Origin: Vulcanimicrobiota bacterium
Lineage (GTDB): Bacteria > Vulcanimicrobiota > Vulcanimicrobiia > Vulcanimicrobiales > Vulcanimicrobiaceae
Assembly: GCA_963723515.1 (NCBI GenBank)
Contig: CAVRQT010000003.1
Span: 896,001-960,000 of the forward strand
Direction: 5' to 3'
Length of the DNA stretch: 64,000 bases
The notes below the pieces were generated by a model. The model ran no database searches. It worked only from the letters and a program-made list of their open reading frames with translations, and was not told the origin of the DNA. Each line of letters opens with the position of its first letter. Position 1 is the stretch's first letter. Below are positions 10,635 through 20,394 of the stretch, in pieces. The position numbers and the translations under genes are program-made.

Positions 10635-12158
10635 GTGTCAGCGCAAGCCGAACAGCCCCGGCGCGATATTTTTCGGTTCTTCGGTACCGAAGCAACCTCG
10701 TCGGCCGGACTAACATCGCTCGTTGTCGTCATCTTGGCCGGTGCAACGATCGGGTTTTTCGGCTGGTATTACGCCGTTCTGCCGTTGCACCACGAACTGC
10801 TCTCCCAGTTCGCTTTGCCGCTCGCCGTCCTCGCCGGCGCAGCAATTGCGATTGCGCTCTGGCAATCGTACGCAATATATTTTTCACGACGAGCCGGCAT
10901 TAAGCTGGAGCGCTCGTTGCAGTACGACGCAATCTCATGGCTCTGCTGGCTCCTATTGTGGCTTTCATTCATCTTACCGCTGCAGCTCACACACAGCGGT
11001 CGAATGATCGCGCTCAGCGGCGCGCTTCTTTGCGCTTGCGAAACTTGCGGTCGCCGTCCGGTTCAATCAGACGGTTCGAGAAGTGCTGACGGACTTCGCC
11101 ATCACGCGGTTTGCCATCGTCGTCATCGCCGAACTTGCAGCGGTCATCATCGGCCAGCGGGCCGGAACGCATGTGGCGGAATCCCGGCATCTGCTGCTTG
11201 CTGTATGGGGACGCTGGGACGCAGTGCACTACATCGATATCGCTACCCAGGGCTATCACGGCACGAATATGGCGTTCTTCCCGCTCTTTCCGCTGCTCAT
11301 CGCGATCGTCGGCTTCTTCACCGGCAATCACCTCATCGCCGGGCTGCTCATTTCCAACGCGGCATTTTTCTTCGCGCTGCTGTACCTCTACAAACTTGTC
11401 GAGCACGAATTCGATCGAACCGTCGCGCGACGTGCGATCTTTTACATCTCTATTTTTCCGACCGCCATCTTCTTCTCGGCCGTATATACCGAGTCGCTAT
11501 TCCTTGCGCTCACCGTTGCATCGTTCTACTACATTCGCGAACGAAAATGGCTTCTCGCGGGCATAATCGGCATGCTCGCCGCCTTGACGCGCGCGGAAGG
11601 CCTACTCCTCGTCATTCCTTACCTCATGGAATGGTTCAACGCGCAGCAGCCCAGCGCGCCGCCTGAGTGGAAGAGGATCGCCGGCCTGGCGCTGATTCCG
11701 TTTGGCCTCTTCCTGTATATGGCGTGGCTGTGGGTGCTCAACGGCGATCCGCTCTATTTTTCGCACGTCCAGATTCATTGGAACCGCCACTTTGCGCCAC
11801 CGTGGGTGAGCGTCACGCATGCGCTTTACGTCATCGCGCACGCAAAGACGGGTCAAGTCGTCGCGAACCAAATTCTCGAGATCACGTTCACGGCGTTGAT
11901 GATCACCGTCTTGATCGCAGGGTGGAAGCAGTTGCGCCTCTCGGCGGCGGTTTACATGGCGCTTTCAATCCTAATTCCGATGTGCACGTCAAGCCTGATG
12001 AGCATGCCGCGGTTTGCGCTCGTCCTCTTCCCGATGTTCACCATTCTGGCGTTATGGGGACGCCGTCCGGCAATCAACAACCTGATCGTTGCGCTTTCGT
12101 TGCCGCTGCTGGGACTCTTCACGGTCTTATTTGCTGACTGGTATTGGGTTGCATATAA
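10635..12158 (+). CDS. GT-C fold membrane glycosyltransferase, PIG-V/mannosyltransferase-like (frameshift near 11030; 3' end uncertain)
   Basis: RWDAVHYIDIA..GY, AFFPLFP, VYTESLFL, SMPRF, multiple TM segments. Natural-looking end DWYWVA near 12153. Confidence 0.75.
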
Positions 12159-12191
12159 CACTCGCTCCGTCGGGTCACGCAACGCCGCGGC

Positions 12192-12578
12192 GTGCGGCAA
12201 TTCGTCAAGTTCGGAGTCGTCGGCGCATCCGGCTTTGTCGTCAATCTCATCGTTTTCACGTTGTTGCAGCGCCTGGTTCCCAACCATGCCGATCCGGTGC
12301 CCTACAGCATCATCTACTCGATTGCATTTCTGGCCGGCGGCGCTTCAAATTACTATTTGAACCGCATCTGGACGTTCCGGTCGGAAGGTCACGCGCTCGT
12401 TGAAGGCGCGCAATTCTTGACCGTCTCAGCGCTCGCACTTGTGGTTGGTTTGATCGTCTCCGCGCTCGTTGCGCCGTATCTCGGCCATGGCCACCGCACA
12501 TGGCTCTTAGCGACGGTCGCCGGCATCTTCGTCAACTTCTTTCTGAACAAGTATTGGACGTTCAAGAACGTCTCCTAG
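12192..12578 (+). CDS. GtrA family polyprenol-phosphate-sugar flippase
   Basis: QFVKFGVVG, NYYLNRIWTF, NFFLNKYWTF, 4 TM. Confidence 0.85.
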   Translation: MRQFVKFGVVGASGFVVNLIVFTLLQRLVPNHADPVPYSIIYSIAFLAGGASNYYLNRIWTFRSEGHALVEGAQFLTVSALALVVGLIVSALVAPYLGHGHRTWLLATVAGIFVNFFLNKYWTFKNVS

Positions 12579-12595
12579 TCCTGCGCGGCACCAAC

Positions 12596-14152
12596 GTGCC
12601 CTGGGATACAGTTGTTTGGATGCTCCCGCTTGCGGCGATTCTCTTGCTTGCGCTGATCTTACGGCTGCACGGCCTCCATAATCCGATCTTGGACCATCCG
12701 GGCTGGCGACAAGGCGATGAATCGGCGATCGCGCGCAATTTCGCAACCTTGCAATTCAACCCGCTCTATCCGCAAGTCGATTACGATGGCCCGCCGCCAA
12801 ATTATGTCGAGCTTGAATTGCAAATCGTTCCATTCTTGATGGCGACGCTCTATAAGCTCTTCGGAGTCCATGAAGTCTTTGGCCGATTGATCTCGATCCT
12901 CTGCGGGTTAGGAACGGTCGCGGTGATCGCGTATTTCGGGCGCTGGCTTTTTTCAAGTGCCATCGCGGGTCTGACGGCGGCGCTGCTCTTTGCGATCATG
13001 CCCGGAAGCATCTACTACGGCCGCACAATCACGCCGGAAGGGATCATGCTGCTGGCGCTAACCGCCGGACTCTTTGTCGCGACGCGCTATCTTATTGAAG
13101 ATGAAGCGCTCTCGTGGCGCGGCGCGATTTGGTCCGCCGCGTTGCTAGCGCTGGCATATCTGGCAAAGCCCGTTGCGATCGTTGCGATTTTCCCGTTAGC
13201 TGCGATTGCGATCCGGCGCGCCGTGGAAGCGCGGACGATCCGGTGGCTTCCGCTGGCGCTGCTCTTCATTGCGCCGCTAATCATCTTCTCCGCCTACGAC
13301 GGCTTTGAGTCTGGACATGCGGAGTGGCATTGGGCGAGCGGCATCACATCGCTTCACGTCGTGCCTTCATTAACGAAAGCCCTGACACACTGGGGTTTGT
13401 TCGTGGACAAATGGCATCGTTTCAACGACGTTCTCGGAATGCTCGCGCGCACGATGTTAGGGCCCGCGTGTAGCGCCCTGTTGATCTTGGGATTTCTCTT
13501 TGGCATGCGTCCGCGCTCACCAGAGCTGCTTTGGGGATGGCTGATCGCCGCAATTGTGTATACATATGTCGTCGTGACCGTCGAGCGAGTCGATTACTAT
13601 CTCTACCTCTGGCTGCCGCTTGGCGCTCTTGCGGGCGCAAGTTTCATCACGCGGCTCGTTATGGCAATCGCGCGAACACCGTCGCGTGCGCTCCAATATG
13701 GCGCGCTCGCCTTTGGCACACTTGCGCTTGTCGGCGTCACCTATCAAAACCGGCAAGAGATTCGACCGTACTACCGATTCAGCAAGGCGGTGTACCGGAA
13801 TGCGACTGCGCTCAACCGCACCTTAGATCCTAACGCGCTCATCGTCATGGGGCATTACGATCCGTCGGTCTTGTATTATATCAATCGCAAGGGCTGGGAA
13901 GAGGACCCGTACCTTTGGACGCCGTTCGATCAGCAGAGTGCGATTCGTAAAGGTGCACGCTACTTTATCGCCATCGAGCGCAACCGCTTCGAAAAGAACG
14001 TTGAGCTCTACAATTGGATGCAGCGCTTTCCGGTCATCAACGCACAAGCGAAGTGGCCGGTGTATGTGACCGACTACTCCAAGGTGCTCCCGGGTGCGGA
14101 AGCGCGCTGGCGCGCATTTCGGCGGGCGGAAAAAGCCGGCGAACTCAAGTAG
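12596..14152 (+). CDS. ArnT/PMT-like GT-C glycosyltransferase
   Basis: WRQGDE acidic loop, multi-TM body, LAKP, soluble C-terminal domain. Confidence 0.75.
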   Translation: MPWDTVVWMLPLAAILLLALILRLHGLHNPILDHPGWRQGDESAIARNFATLQFNPLYPQVDYDGPPPNYVELELQIVPFLMATLYKLFGVHEVFGRLISILCGLGTVAVIAYFGRWLFSSAIAGLTAALLFAIMPGSIYYGRTITPEGIMLLALTAGLFVATRYLIEDEALSWRGAIWSAALLALAYLAKPVAIVAIFPLAAIAIRRAVEARTIRWLPLALLFIAPLIIFSAYDGFESGHAEWHWASGITSLHVVPSLTKALTHWGLFVDKWHRFNDVLGMLARTMLGPACSALLILGFLFGMRPRSPELLWGWLIAAIVYTYVVVTVERVDYYLYLWLPLGALAGASFITRLVMAIARTPSRALQYGALAFGTLALVGVTYQNRQEIRPYYRFSKAVYRNATALNRTLDPNALIVMGHYDPSVLYYINRKGWEEDPYLWTPFDQQSAIRKGARYFIAIERNRFEKNVELYNWMQRFPVINAQAKWPVYVTDYSKVLPGAEARWRAFRRAEKAGELK

Positions 14153-14217
14153 CGCTTGAATGTTTTCGGCGGCTCCTAAAATTTAGGGCGAGGGGAGCGA
14201 TCGCGGCAAGAGCAGCC

Positions 14218-14622
14218 CTAGTGGTGCGCAGGCACCATCCACACCGTTCCGCCGGCCCACTGAACCCGCACAGGCATGCAGACCGACGTTTTCGCTCCGG
14301 CGTAAACCACATCGTTGTAAAGTGGCAACGTGTGATTGATCGTCGCATGAGGTGCAAAAGACCCAACGTCGGTTGTCCGGCGAAGGTAATTGTGTTCTGC
14401 ATTCCGATAGCCAACCGCAAACGTGACGCTCTCTGCGGTGCGCGATCCAAGATTTGTATAGGTGATCTGTGTCCCGCCGGCCATGCGGCTGAACGGCTTA
14501 GGCTTGCCAACCGAACAGCTTTTGACATGAATTGGGGCTTGTGCGGCCGCAACTGCGACCGGCAGGCTAGCCACCACGGCGACCGCAGCGCACACAACCG
14601 TCAACCGGCTAAAAATATACAT
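14218..14622 (-). CDS. Secreted hypothetical protein
   Basis: AGGAG before ATG, signal peptide, beta-rich body with two Cys. Confidence 0.65.
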   Translation of the reverse strand: MYIFSRLTVVCAAVAVVASLPVAVAAAQAPIHVKSCSVGKPKPFSRMAGGTQITYTNLGSRTAESVTFAVGYRNAEHNYLRRTTDVGSFAPHATINHTLPLYNDVVYAGAKTSVCMPVRVQWAGGTVWMVPAHH

Positions 14623-14701
14623 AGCGACTCCTAAAAAAAAGAAAGACGTCGTCAGCTTTCCGGCGCTTGTTAACAACTCCTGGGCGAAAGCGAGGAACCG
14701 T

Positions 14702-15364
14702 TCAAGGCAACGGCAATAGTGACATCGGGCGAGCCGTTCCCGGTTCTTCAGCCGCAGCGGCGCCCGGCACGCCTTGCTCGAGCACCTGGCGATAGGCGAT
14801 CAAACGGTTCGTATTGCGCGCGACTTCGAGATTGAGTTCGTACGATTGCCGGATCGCACTCGTCAATTCCGTGACGTTAAAATTGTAGTTGAACTTGTTC
14901 AAGCTCGCGATGATCTTCTGGTTCATGAGCTTGAGCGCCAGGTAGGAGTGCGTAATTTGGGATCCCGTCTCTTTGAAGGTCGGATAGTTCGAGACGATGA
15001 TCTCCCGCTTGATCTTCGCCGCTTCGACCTCCGAGCGCAGCTCTTGGAGCCGAACGTTCTGCGGATCGTACTTTGCGGCGCCTGAGAGCGTAACGAGCGC
15101 GTCGTCGAGCCGGCCCGCTTTGAACTGATCGTCTGCGATGTCGGCCGCGACGAGCGAAAAGCCGGTTCGTGCGCGCTGATCGCTTGGATCGATCTTGAGC
15201 GCGAGCCGATACGCCAGCTGGGCCTCCGAAAGACTGCCTTGCTGCAACGCCGCATCGCCCTGATGTACGCGAGTGTCGACGATCCATTGCTCGATCGGCC
15301 CCGCGCAACCGCTCAACGTGACCGAAACAAATAGCGCAAGCGCCACTTTCTTGACGTTCATCAT
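14702..15364 (-). CDS. TPR-containing lipoprotein
   Basis: Lipobox LSGC, TPR-like helices (YRLALKIDP; AAKYDPQN). Confidence 0.7.
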   Translation of the reverse strand: MMNVKKVALALFVSVTLSGCAGPIEQWIVDTRVHQGDAALQQGSLSEAQLAYRLALKIDPSDQRARTGFSLVAADIADDQFKAGRLDDALVTLSGAAKYDPQNVRLQELRSEVEAAKIKREIIVSNYPTFKETGSQITHSYLALKLMNQKIIASLNKFNYNFNVTELTSAIRQSYELNLEVARNTNRLIAYRQVLEQGVPGAAAAEEPGTARPMSLLPLP

Positions 15365-15371
15365 CTGTTAA

Positions 15372-16340
15372 CTACCTGCTGTGGTTGACTAGGTGCGCCA
15401 CGAAGGCGATTACTTCCGCCGCCGGCACGAGAATCAGTTGGCAGAGAATCCAGCCAATGATGGCCGTCAGCGCGAGGTAGAAGACCATCGCCTTGACGTC
15501 GCGCTGCGGCCGCTCTCCTTTGACCGCTTCATCAACGATGATCGACGACGTTGGATCGACGAAGAGCGTAAACGCAATCGTTCCGATCCCGTTGATGATG
15601 CCGGAGATTCCGATCGCGGTGCGAGCCACGTTGACGTCAATCACGCTCGCATAATACGCGGCCACGACGCCGATTGCATAGATGCCGGTGACGACGACAT
15701 TGAAGATCAGCAGGCGCTTGGGAACCTCGCGCGCCGAGAAACTCAGCAGCTCGCTGAGAGCGGGCCAGCGCAGATGGCGCAGCAGATCGACAATGACGCG
15801 TGGGTCGAAAAGACGTACCAGCGAATGCGGCACCGACTTCGTGCGTTCGAACGATCGGACACCGCGCACGTAGAGCTCGGTAAACATCGGCAGCATCAGG
15901 CTCCCCAAGATCGTGCCGACGAGACCGGCCAGCACGATCGCGCGCAGTTGCCAATCAAACGTATGGCGGATTTGCGCGATGGGCGCGCTTGCGCCAGCGG
16001 CATTCGTATGGAGCGTGATGACGCGAATCGCATTTCCCGCGCGGTCCGATAACGGTCCCAGCATCAGCGTATAGACGAGCGTTGCGAGACGGCTCGCGGT
16101 GACGAACAAATTGAAGAGCGCGATCGAGGTCGCGATTCTTCCCGTGCGTACTCCGGCAAGCCGCGCCGCATACGCTCCGATTTGGATCGCTTGCACGACG
16201 ACGTTGATCGCCAGCGCGACGCCGAGTTGCCAAGTCCAGAACGGGATCAGAGGAGATTCCGAATGAGCCGGCGTGTCTGCGCGTCGCGACGATTTTTCGC
16301 CACTTCTAGGAACGAGGACGGACGCAATGCCAGAGCGCAT
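15372..16340 (-). CDS. amj: Lipid II flippase Amj family (DUF2837); start uncertain because the ATG lies inside a repeat element
   Basis: AYAARLAGVRTGRIATSIALFN...SR, SGIINGIGTI.FTLFVDP. Confidence 0.75.
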   Translation of the reverse strand: MRSGIASVLVPRSGEKSSRRADTPAHSESPLIPFWTWQLGVALAINVVVQAIQIGAYAARLAGVRTGRIATSIALFNLFVTASRLATLVYTLMLGPLSDRAGNAIRVITLHTNAAGASAPIAQIRHTFDWQLRAIVLAGLVGTILGSLMLPMFTELYVRGVRSFERTKSVPHSLVRLFDPRVIVDLLRHLRWPALSELLSFSAREVPKRLLIFNVVVTGIYAIGVVAAYYASVIDVNVARTAIGISGIINGIGTIAFTLFVDPTSSIIVDEAVKGERPQRDVKAMVFYLALTAIIGWILCQLILVPAAEVIAFVAHLVNHSR

Positions 16341-16417
16341 TGTGGCCGCCGCAGTAACGACGAAGTGGCGGAAAAGCGCGCGGCGATCGGGCGCGTACGG
16401 TTCGTTCGGAAGCTCCT
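16251..16417 (+). repeat. Long stem-loop repeat element, copy 1 (MITE/structured-RNA-like)
   Basis: Arms TTCCGAATGAGCCG/CGGTTCGTTCGGAA. Core CGATTTTT..TTC.AGG..CGAGGA.GG..GCAA.G..C.TTGTG..AAC..GAA..AAAAGCG is shared with 28069 and 35115. Confidence 0.8.
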
Positions 16418-16418
16418 A

Positions 16419-17675
16419 CTATGCGGCGCTGCGATTAAAGTCCAGCTGCGCTTCGTCGACCGGCCCGAGTACGCATAAGCCCAATTGGTCTTCGCGCAGC
16501 AGTTCGTTCGCCAGCATCTGAATCTCATCGGAACTGACGGCTTCGATACGGCTCTCGATTTCTTCGGTGGTCAGGTTGCGGCCGAGTGAGAACTCACTGC
16601 GTCCAAGGCGGATCATTCGGCTCGAAGTGCTCTCGAGCGAAAGCGTAAGGTTACCCTTGATGTGTTCTTTTGCGAGGCGAAGCTCATCTTCGCCGACCTT
16701 CTTGTCGCGTAATTTTGCGAGTTGATCGCGCACGACGCTGATGCATTCGCGCACGTTGCCGGGCGAGGTTCCTGCATAGACGGCAAAAAGCCCGGCGCCG
16801 CGATAAGCCGCCTGAAACGAGTAAACGGTGTATACTAAACCGCGCTTTTCACGGATCTCCTGAAAGAGCCGGCTCGACATGCCACCACCTAGAATTGTAT
16901 CCATAACGGAAAGCGCGTACCGGCGCTCGTCTCGGACCGAAAGGCCGCGCGTTCCGAGAACAAGGTGTGCTTGCTCGCTATCCTTCGTCCGAAAGAGCGT
17001 CGAGGGCGTCGTCGTCGGATCTTCAGGCTCGGGCAAGTCGCATTGCCCTTTGAATTCGACAAACGCGGAGCCGAAGAGTTCGACAATTTCCGCGTGTTTG
17101 ACATGGCCGGCGGCGGCGACGACGACCGAGTTGGGAGCGTAGCGCCGGCGCATGTGTTCCTTCAGATTGTCGCGCGTCAGCGACGTCACCGTGTCGGCAA
17201 AACCGATCGTCGGCGCGCCGAGGCTCGAATCGCTCCACATCGTCTGGATGAAGAGATCGTGGATCAGCTCATCGGGCGAGTCGTCGTACATCTTGATCTC
17301 TTCCAAGATGACGCGCTGCTCTTTTTGCAGTTCGGTTGCGTCGAAGGTCGAATGCAAGAACATATCGGTCAGCACGTCGACCGCTAGGGGAACGTGGTGG
17401 TCGATCACCTTCGCGTAATAGCACGTTGTCTCTTTATCGGTGAAGGCGTTCAGATTGCCGCCGACGCCGTCCATTTCTTCGGCGATCACGCGAGCGCTGC
17501 GACGCTTCGTGCCTTTGAAGAGCATATGCTCGACGAGGTGCGAGATGCCGCGCTCCTGTGCGCTTTCAACGGCCGAACCAACATCCGCCCAGATGCCGAT
17601 TGCTGCGGAGCGAACGTGCGGCATCGTCTCCGTTATAATGCGGACGCCGTTCTCCAGAGTCGTTTTACGGTACAT
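16419..17675 (-). CDS. M16 family zinc peptidase (pitrilysin/processing protease)
   Basis: HLVEH (HxxEH), LNAFT, GGGMSSRLFQEIREKRGLVY. Confidence 0.92.
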   Translation of the reverse strand: MYRKTTLENGVRIITETMPHVRSAAIGIWADVGSAVESAQERGISHLVEHMLFKGTKRRSARVIAEEMDGVGGNLNAFTDKETTCYYAKVIDHHVPLAVDVLTDMFLHSTFDATELQKEQRVILEEIKMYDDSPDELIHDLFIQTMWSDSSLGAPTIGFADTVTSLTRDNLKEHMRRRYAPNSVVVAAAGHVKHAEIVELFGSAFVEFKGQCDLPEPEDPTTTPSTLFRTKDSEQAHLVLGTRGLSVRDERRYALSVMDTILGGGMSSRLFQEIREKRGLVYTVYSFQAAYRGAGLFAVYAGTSPGNVRECISVVRDQLAKLRDKKVGEDELRLAKEHIKGNLTLSLESTSSRMIRLGRSEFSLGRNLTTEEIESRIEAVSSDEIQMLANELLREDQLGLCVLGPVDEAQLDFNRSAA

Positions 17676-17686
17676 CGAGGTTGACT

Positions 17687-18238
17687 TCAGATTGGCGGAA
17701 CCGCAGAATGCCCCTTTGATTGGTCGCGCAAGGCATCGCGCGCCCAACTTGCATCCCAATACATCGCGCTGCTCGCCGGCGGGCGGTCTTCCCGACGCAC
17801 CGTCACTGAAAAGACGGTTCGTTCGGTCGGCTGCGCAAGGTCACCAGAAACGACTGCGCCTTTGCCGACGCTCAGCGGTACGACGCACCACAGATCGACT
17901 TCCTCAACGGGCGCAGCATCGAACGCTTGCGTGACGATCGCGGACACTTCGTTCAAGAAGAGCGCTCGCGTGAGGGGTCGATGGAACTTCACGCCGGAGA
18001 GCACGATGCCGGCAATTTGATGTGATCCGGAGCCATCGACGTAAATTCGCAGGATTTGCGCCTCCCAGCGCCGCTCGAAGAGTCGCTCACCGATTCGCAC
18101 CGCAGTGTCTTTTCTCGTACCGAATGCCCGCGCGTGCGCGTTGACGACATTGAGTGCCGGCGTCTGCGCTGATGCGCTTTGCATGGCGACGCCTAGCGAC
18201 AACGCGAGAAGAACGAGCGCACTAATACGTCTGGGCAA
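17687..18238 (-). CDS. Secreted hypothetical protein
   Basis: Signal peptide ending ASA, overlaps the proS stop. Confidence 0.6.
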   Translation of the reverse strand: MPRRISALVLLALSLGVAMQSASAQTPALNVVNAHARAFGTRKDTAVRIGERLFERRWEAQILRIYVDGSGSHQIAGIVLSGVKFHRPLTRALFLNEVSAIVTQAFDAAPVEEVDLWCVVPLSVGKGAVVSGDLAQPTERTVFSVTVRREDRPPASSAMYWDASWARDALRDQSKGHSAVPPI

Positions 18239-19685
18239 AATACGCTTGAACGGTCGCCGGCTCGCCGCATGCGACGCACGTTGCAGCGGGTTCGCGCAGT
18301 TCTCGTAACACTCGCGTCGTTGCGCTTGTGCGCGCTTTTACGCCGGCTTCGCATTCCGGCCGGTTGCAAAACGGAATGTCCACCATTCCGGCGCGCGACT
18401 CGCACAACTTGAAAAACTCGTCGCGATCGCTTACGACATAGGTGTGCGCGTCGAGAAAGGCTTTGGCTTGCGCATGCAGCGAGCGCTGAACGTCGAGGAG
18501 CATTTCACGAAGCCGCGGCGCAAGCTCCGAACGCGAGACGGAGACCTTCGCGCCGGCTTCTCCCTTTGTCTTATCGCGACGCACGAGCGTAACGCTCTGC
18601 GCCTGAACGTCGCGCGGACCAATTTCGAGCCGCACCGGTACGCCCCGCATCTCCCATTCACTGTACTTCCAGCCTGGCGTGTAATCACGGTCATCGAGCC
18701 GTATCCGAAAATCGGCGCGCAGTTCACGCGCAACTTCGCGCGCCTGGGCGAGCACTTCTGTATCGCTTCCTTTGATGATCGGCACGATAACGGTTTCGAT
18801 CGGCGCTAGCTGAGGCGGCACGCGCAGCCCGCGGTCATCTCCGTGCACCATGATCATACCGCCGAGCATCCGCCACGACATGCCCCACGATGTCGTATAA
18901 ACGTGCTTGACGGATTGATCCACATCCGCGAACTTGATGTCGTACGCCTTCGAAAAATTTTGCCCCAAATCGTGTGAGGTGGCCGACTGCAACGCTTTCC
19001 CGTCCGGCATCAACGCTTCGATCGCGAACGTTTCAACCGCCCCCGGGAAACGCTCGGATGCGCTCTTTCGCCCGGCATAGACGGGCACGCCGACGACATC
19101 TTCCGCAACTTCGCGATAGACCTCAAGCATTCGCAGCGTTTCTTCGCGTGCTTCAGCAGCGGTGGCGTGCGCCGTGTGCCCTTCTTGCCAGAGGAACTCC
19201 ATCGTGCGCAGGAACGGGCGCGTGGCCTTCTCCCAGCGCACCACATTTGCCCATTGGTTGATCAACACCGGAAGGTCGCGGTGCGATTGAATCCACTTCG
19301 CGTACATCACGCCGATGATCACTTCCGATGTCGGGCGGATCGCCAGCCGCTCGGTGAGTTTCTCTTGGCCGCCTTGCGTCACCCAAGCCACTTCCGGCGC
19401 AAAACCTTCAACGTGCTCTGCTTCTTTAACGAGCAGATGCTCCGGAATCAGCAGTGGAAAGTATGCATTTTCATGGCCCGTCGCTTTAAAGCGTTGATCG
19501 AGCGCTTTCTGCAAATTTTCCCAAATGCCGAATCCGTATGGCCGAAGAACGACGCAGCCGCGCACGGGCGAATACGAAACGAGCTCGGCTTTGAGCGTCA
19601 CTGCCGTGTACCAAGCCGACAGATCCGCCGCTTTCGGCGGAATTTCGGTAACGAGCGGCTCGAGTTGCTCTAAGCTCTCGGACAT
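18222..19685 (-). CDS. proS: Proline--tRNA ligase (archaeal/eukaryotic type)
   Basis: HVEGFAPEVAWVT, IRPTSE, FLRTMEFLWQEGHTAH, C-terminal YFAQTY. Confidence 0.96.
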   Translation of the reverse strand: MSESLEQLEPLVTEIPPKAADLSAWYTAVTLKAELVSYSPVRGCVVLRPYGFGIWENLQKALDQRFKATGHENAYFPLLIPEHLLVKEAEHVEGFAPEVAWVTQGGQEKLTERLAIRPTSEVIIGVMYAKWIQSHRDLPVLINQWANVVRWEKATRPFLRTMEFLWQEGHTAHATAAEAREETLRMLEVYREVAEDVVGVPVYAGRKSASERFPGAVETFAIEALMPDGKALQSATSHDLGQNFSKAYDIKFADVDQSVKHVYTTSWGMSWRMLGGMIMVHGDDRGLRVPPQLAPIETVIVPIIKGSDTEVLAQAREVARELRADFRIRLDDRDYTPGWKYSEWEMRGVPVRLEIGPRDVQAQSVTLVRRDKTKGEAGAKVSVSRSELAPRLREMLLDVQRSLHAQAKAFLDAHTYVVSDRDEFFKLCESRAGMVDIPFCNRPECEAGVKARTSATTRVLRELREPAATCVACGEPATVQAYFAQTY

Positions 19686-19754
19686 GACCGCCGTCCATTA
19701 GCCCGCTCGCGCTGATGGGCCTGCCGCTGTGCTATGTTGAACGGAGATCGCAGT

Positions 19755-20351
19755 ATGCCGAAGTTGACTCGTATCTACACGCGTACCGGCGACGAAGGCA
19801 CGACGGGATTAATCGGCGGTGGTCGCGTGAAAAAAAACGACTTGCGCATCGCCGCGTATGGAACGGTCGACGAATGCTCGAGCGCAATCGGGCTTGCACG
19901 AACGGCGCTGCGCGAAACGCGCACGACCGATTCGCGCGCCGGTCGATTGGATCGATGGCTCGCATGGACGCAAGACGCGCTTTTCAATCTTGGTTCGGAT
20001 CTCGCTACGCCCGTTGAAAAACGCTGGGAAGGCATGCCGCTTACAAGCGCCGGCGATGTCAAAGCGCTCGAGCGTGCGATCGATGAAGCACAAAATGATC
20101 TGCCGCCGCTCGACAACTTTATCCATCCCGGCGGCAGTTATGCCGGCGCGTTCTTGCATCTTGCACGGACGATTTGCCGGCGCGCAGAGCGCATTCTCGT
20201 TACGCTTTCCGAGAAAGATACGATTGCGCCGGAAGTGATGCAATACGTGAACCGTCTCTCCGATGCGCTCTTTGTCTGGGCGCGCTGGGTCAATACGGTG
20301 CTCGGCGAACCGGAATATCTCTGGAATCCAGAGACGAAGCCGCCGGAGTAA
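19755..20351 (+). CDS. Cob(I)alamin adenosyltransferase, PduO type
   Basis: IYTRTGDEGTT, YGTVDE, ARTICRRAER, NRLSDALF. Confidence 0.92.
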   Translation: MPKLTRIYTRTGDEGTTGLIGGGRVKKNDLRIAAYGTVDECSSAIGLARTALRETRTTDSRAGRLDRWLAWTQDALFNLGSDLATPVEKRWEGMPLTSAGDVKALERAIDEAQNDLPPLDNFIHPGGSYAGAFLHLARTICRRAERILVTLSEKDTIAPEVMQYVNRLSDALFVWARWVNTVLGEPEYLWNPETKPPE

Positions 20352-20394
20352 AAGCCGGTAGGGCGGCTATGATGCTTCTGCGAACGCACGCCTG

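Noticed and set aside
14633..14660. Terminator or attenuator before the 14622 gene (GAAAG..CTTTC plus T-tract on the minus strand)
   Set aside because: The stem is only about 5 bp and AT-rich, too weak to support.
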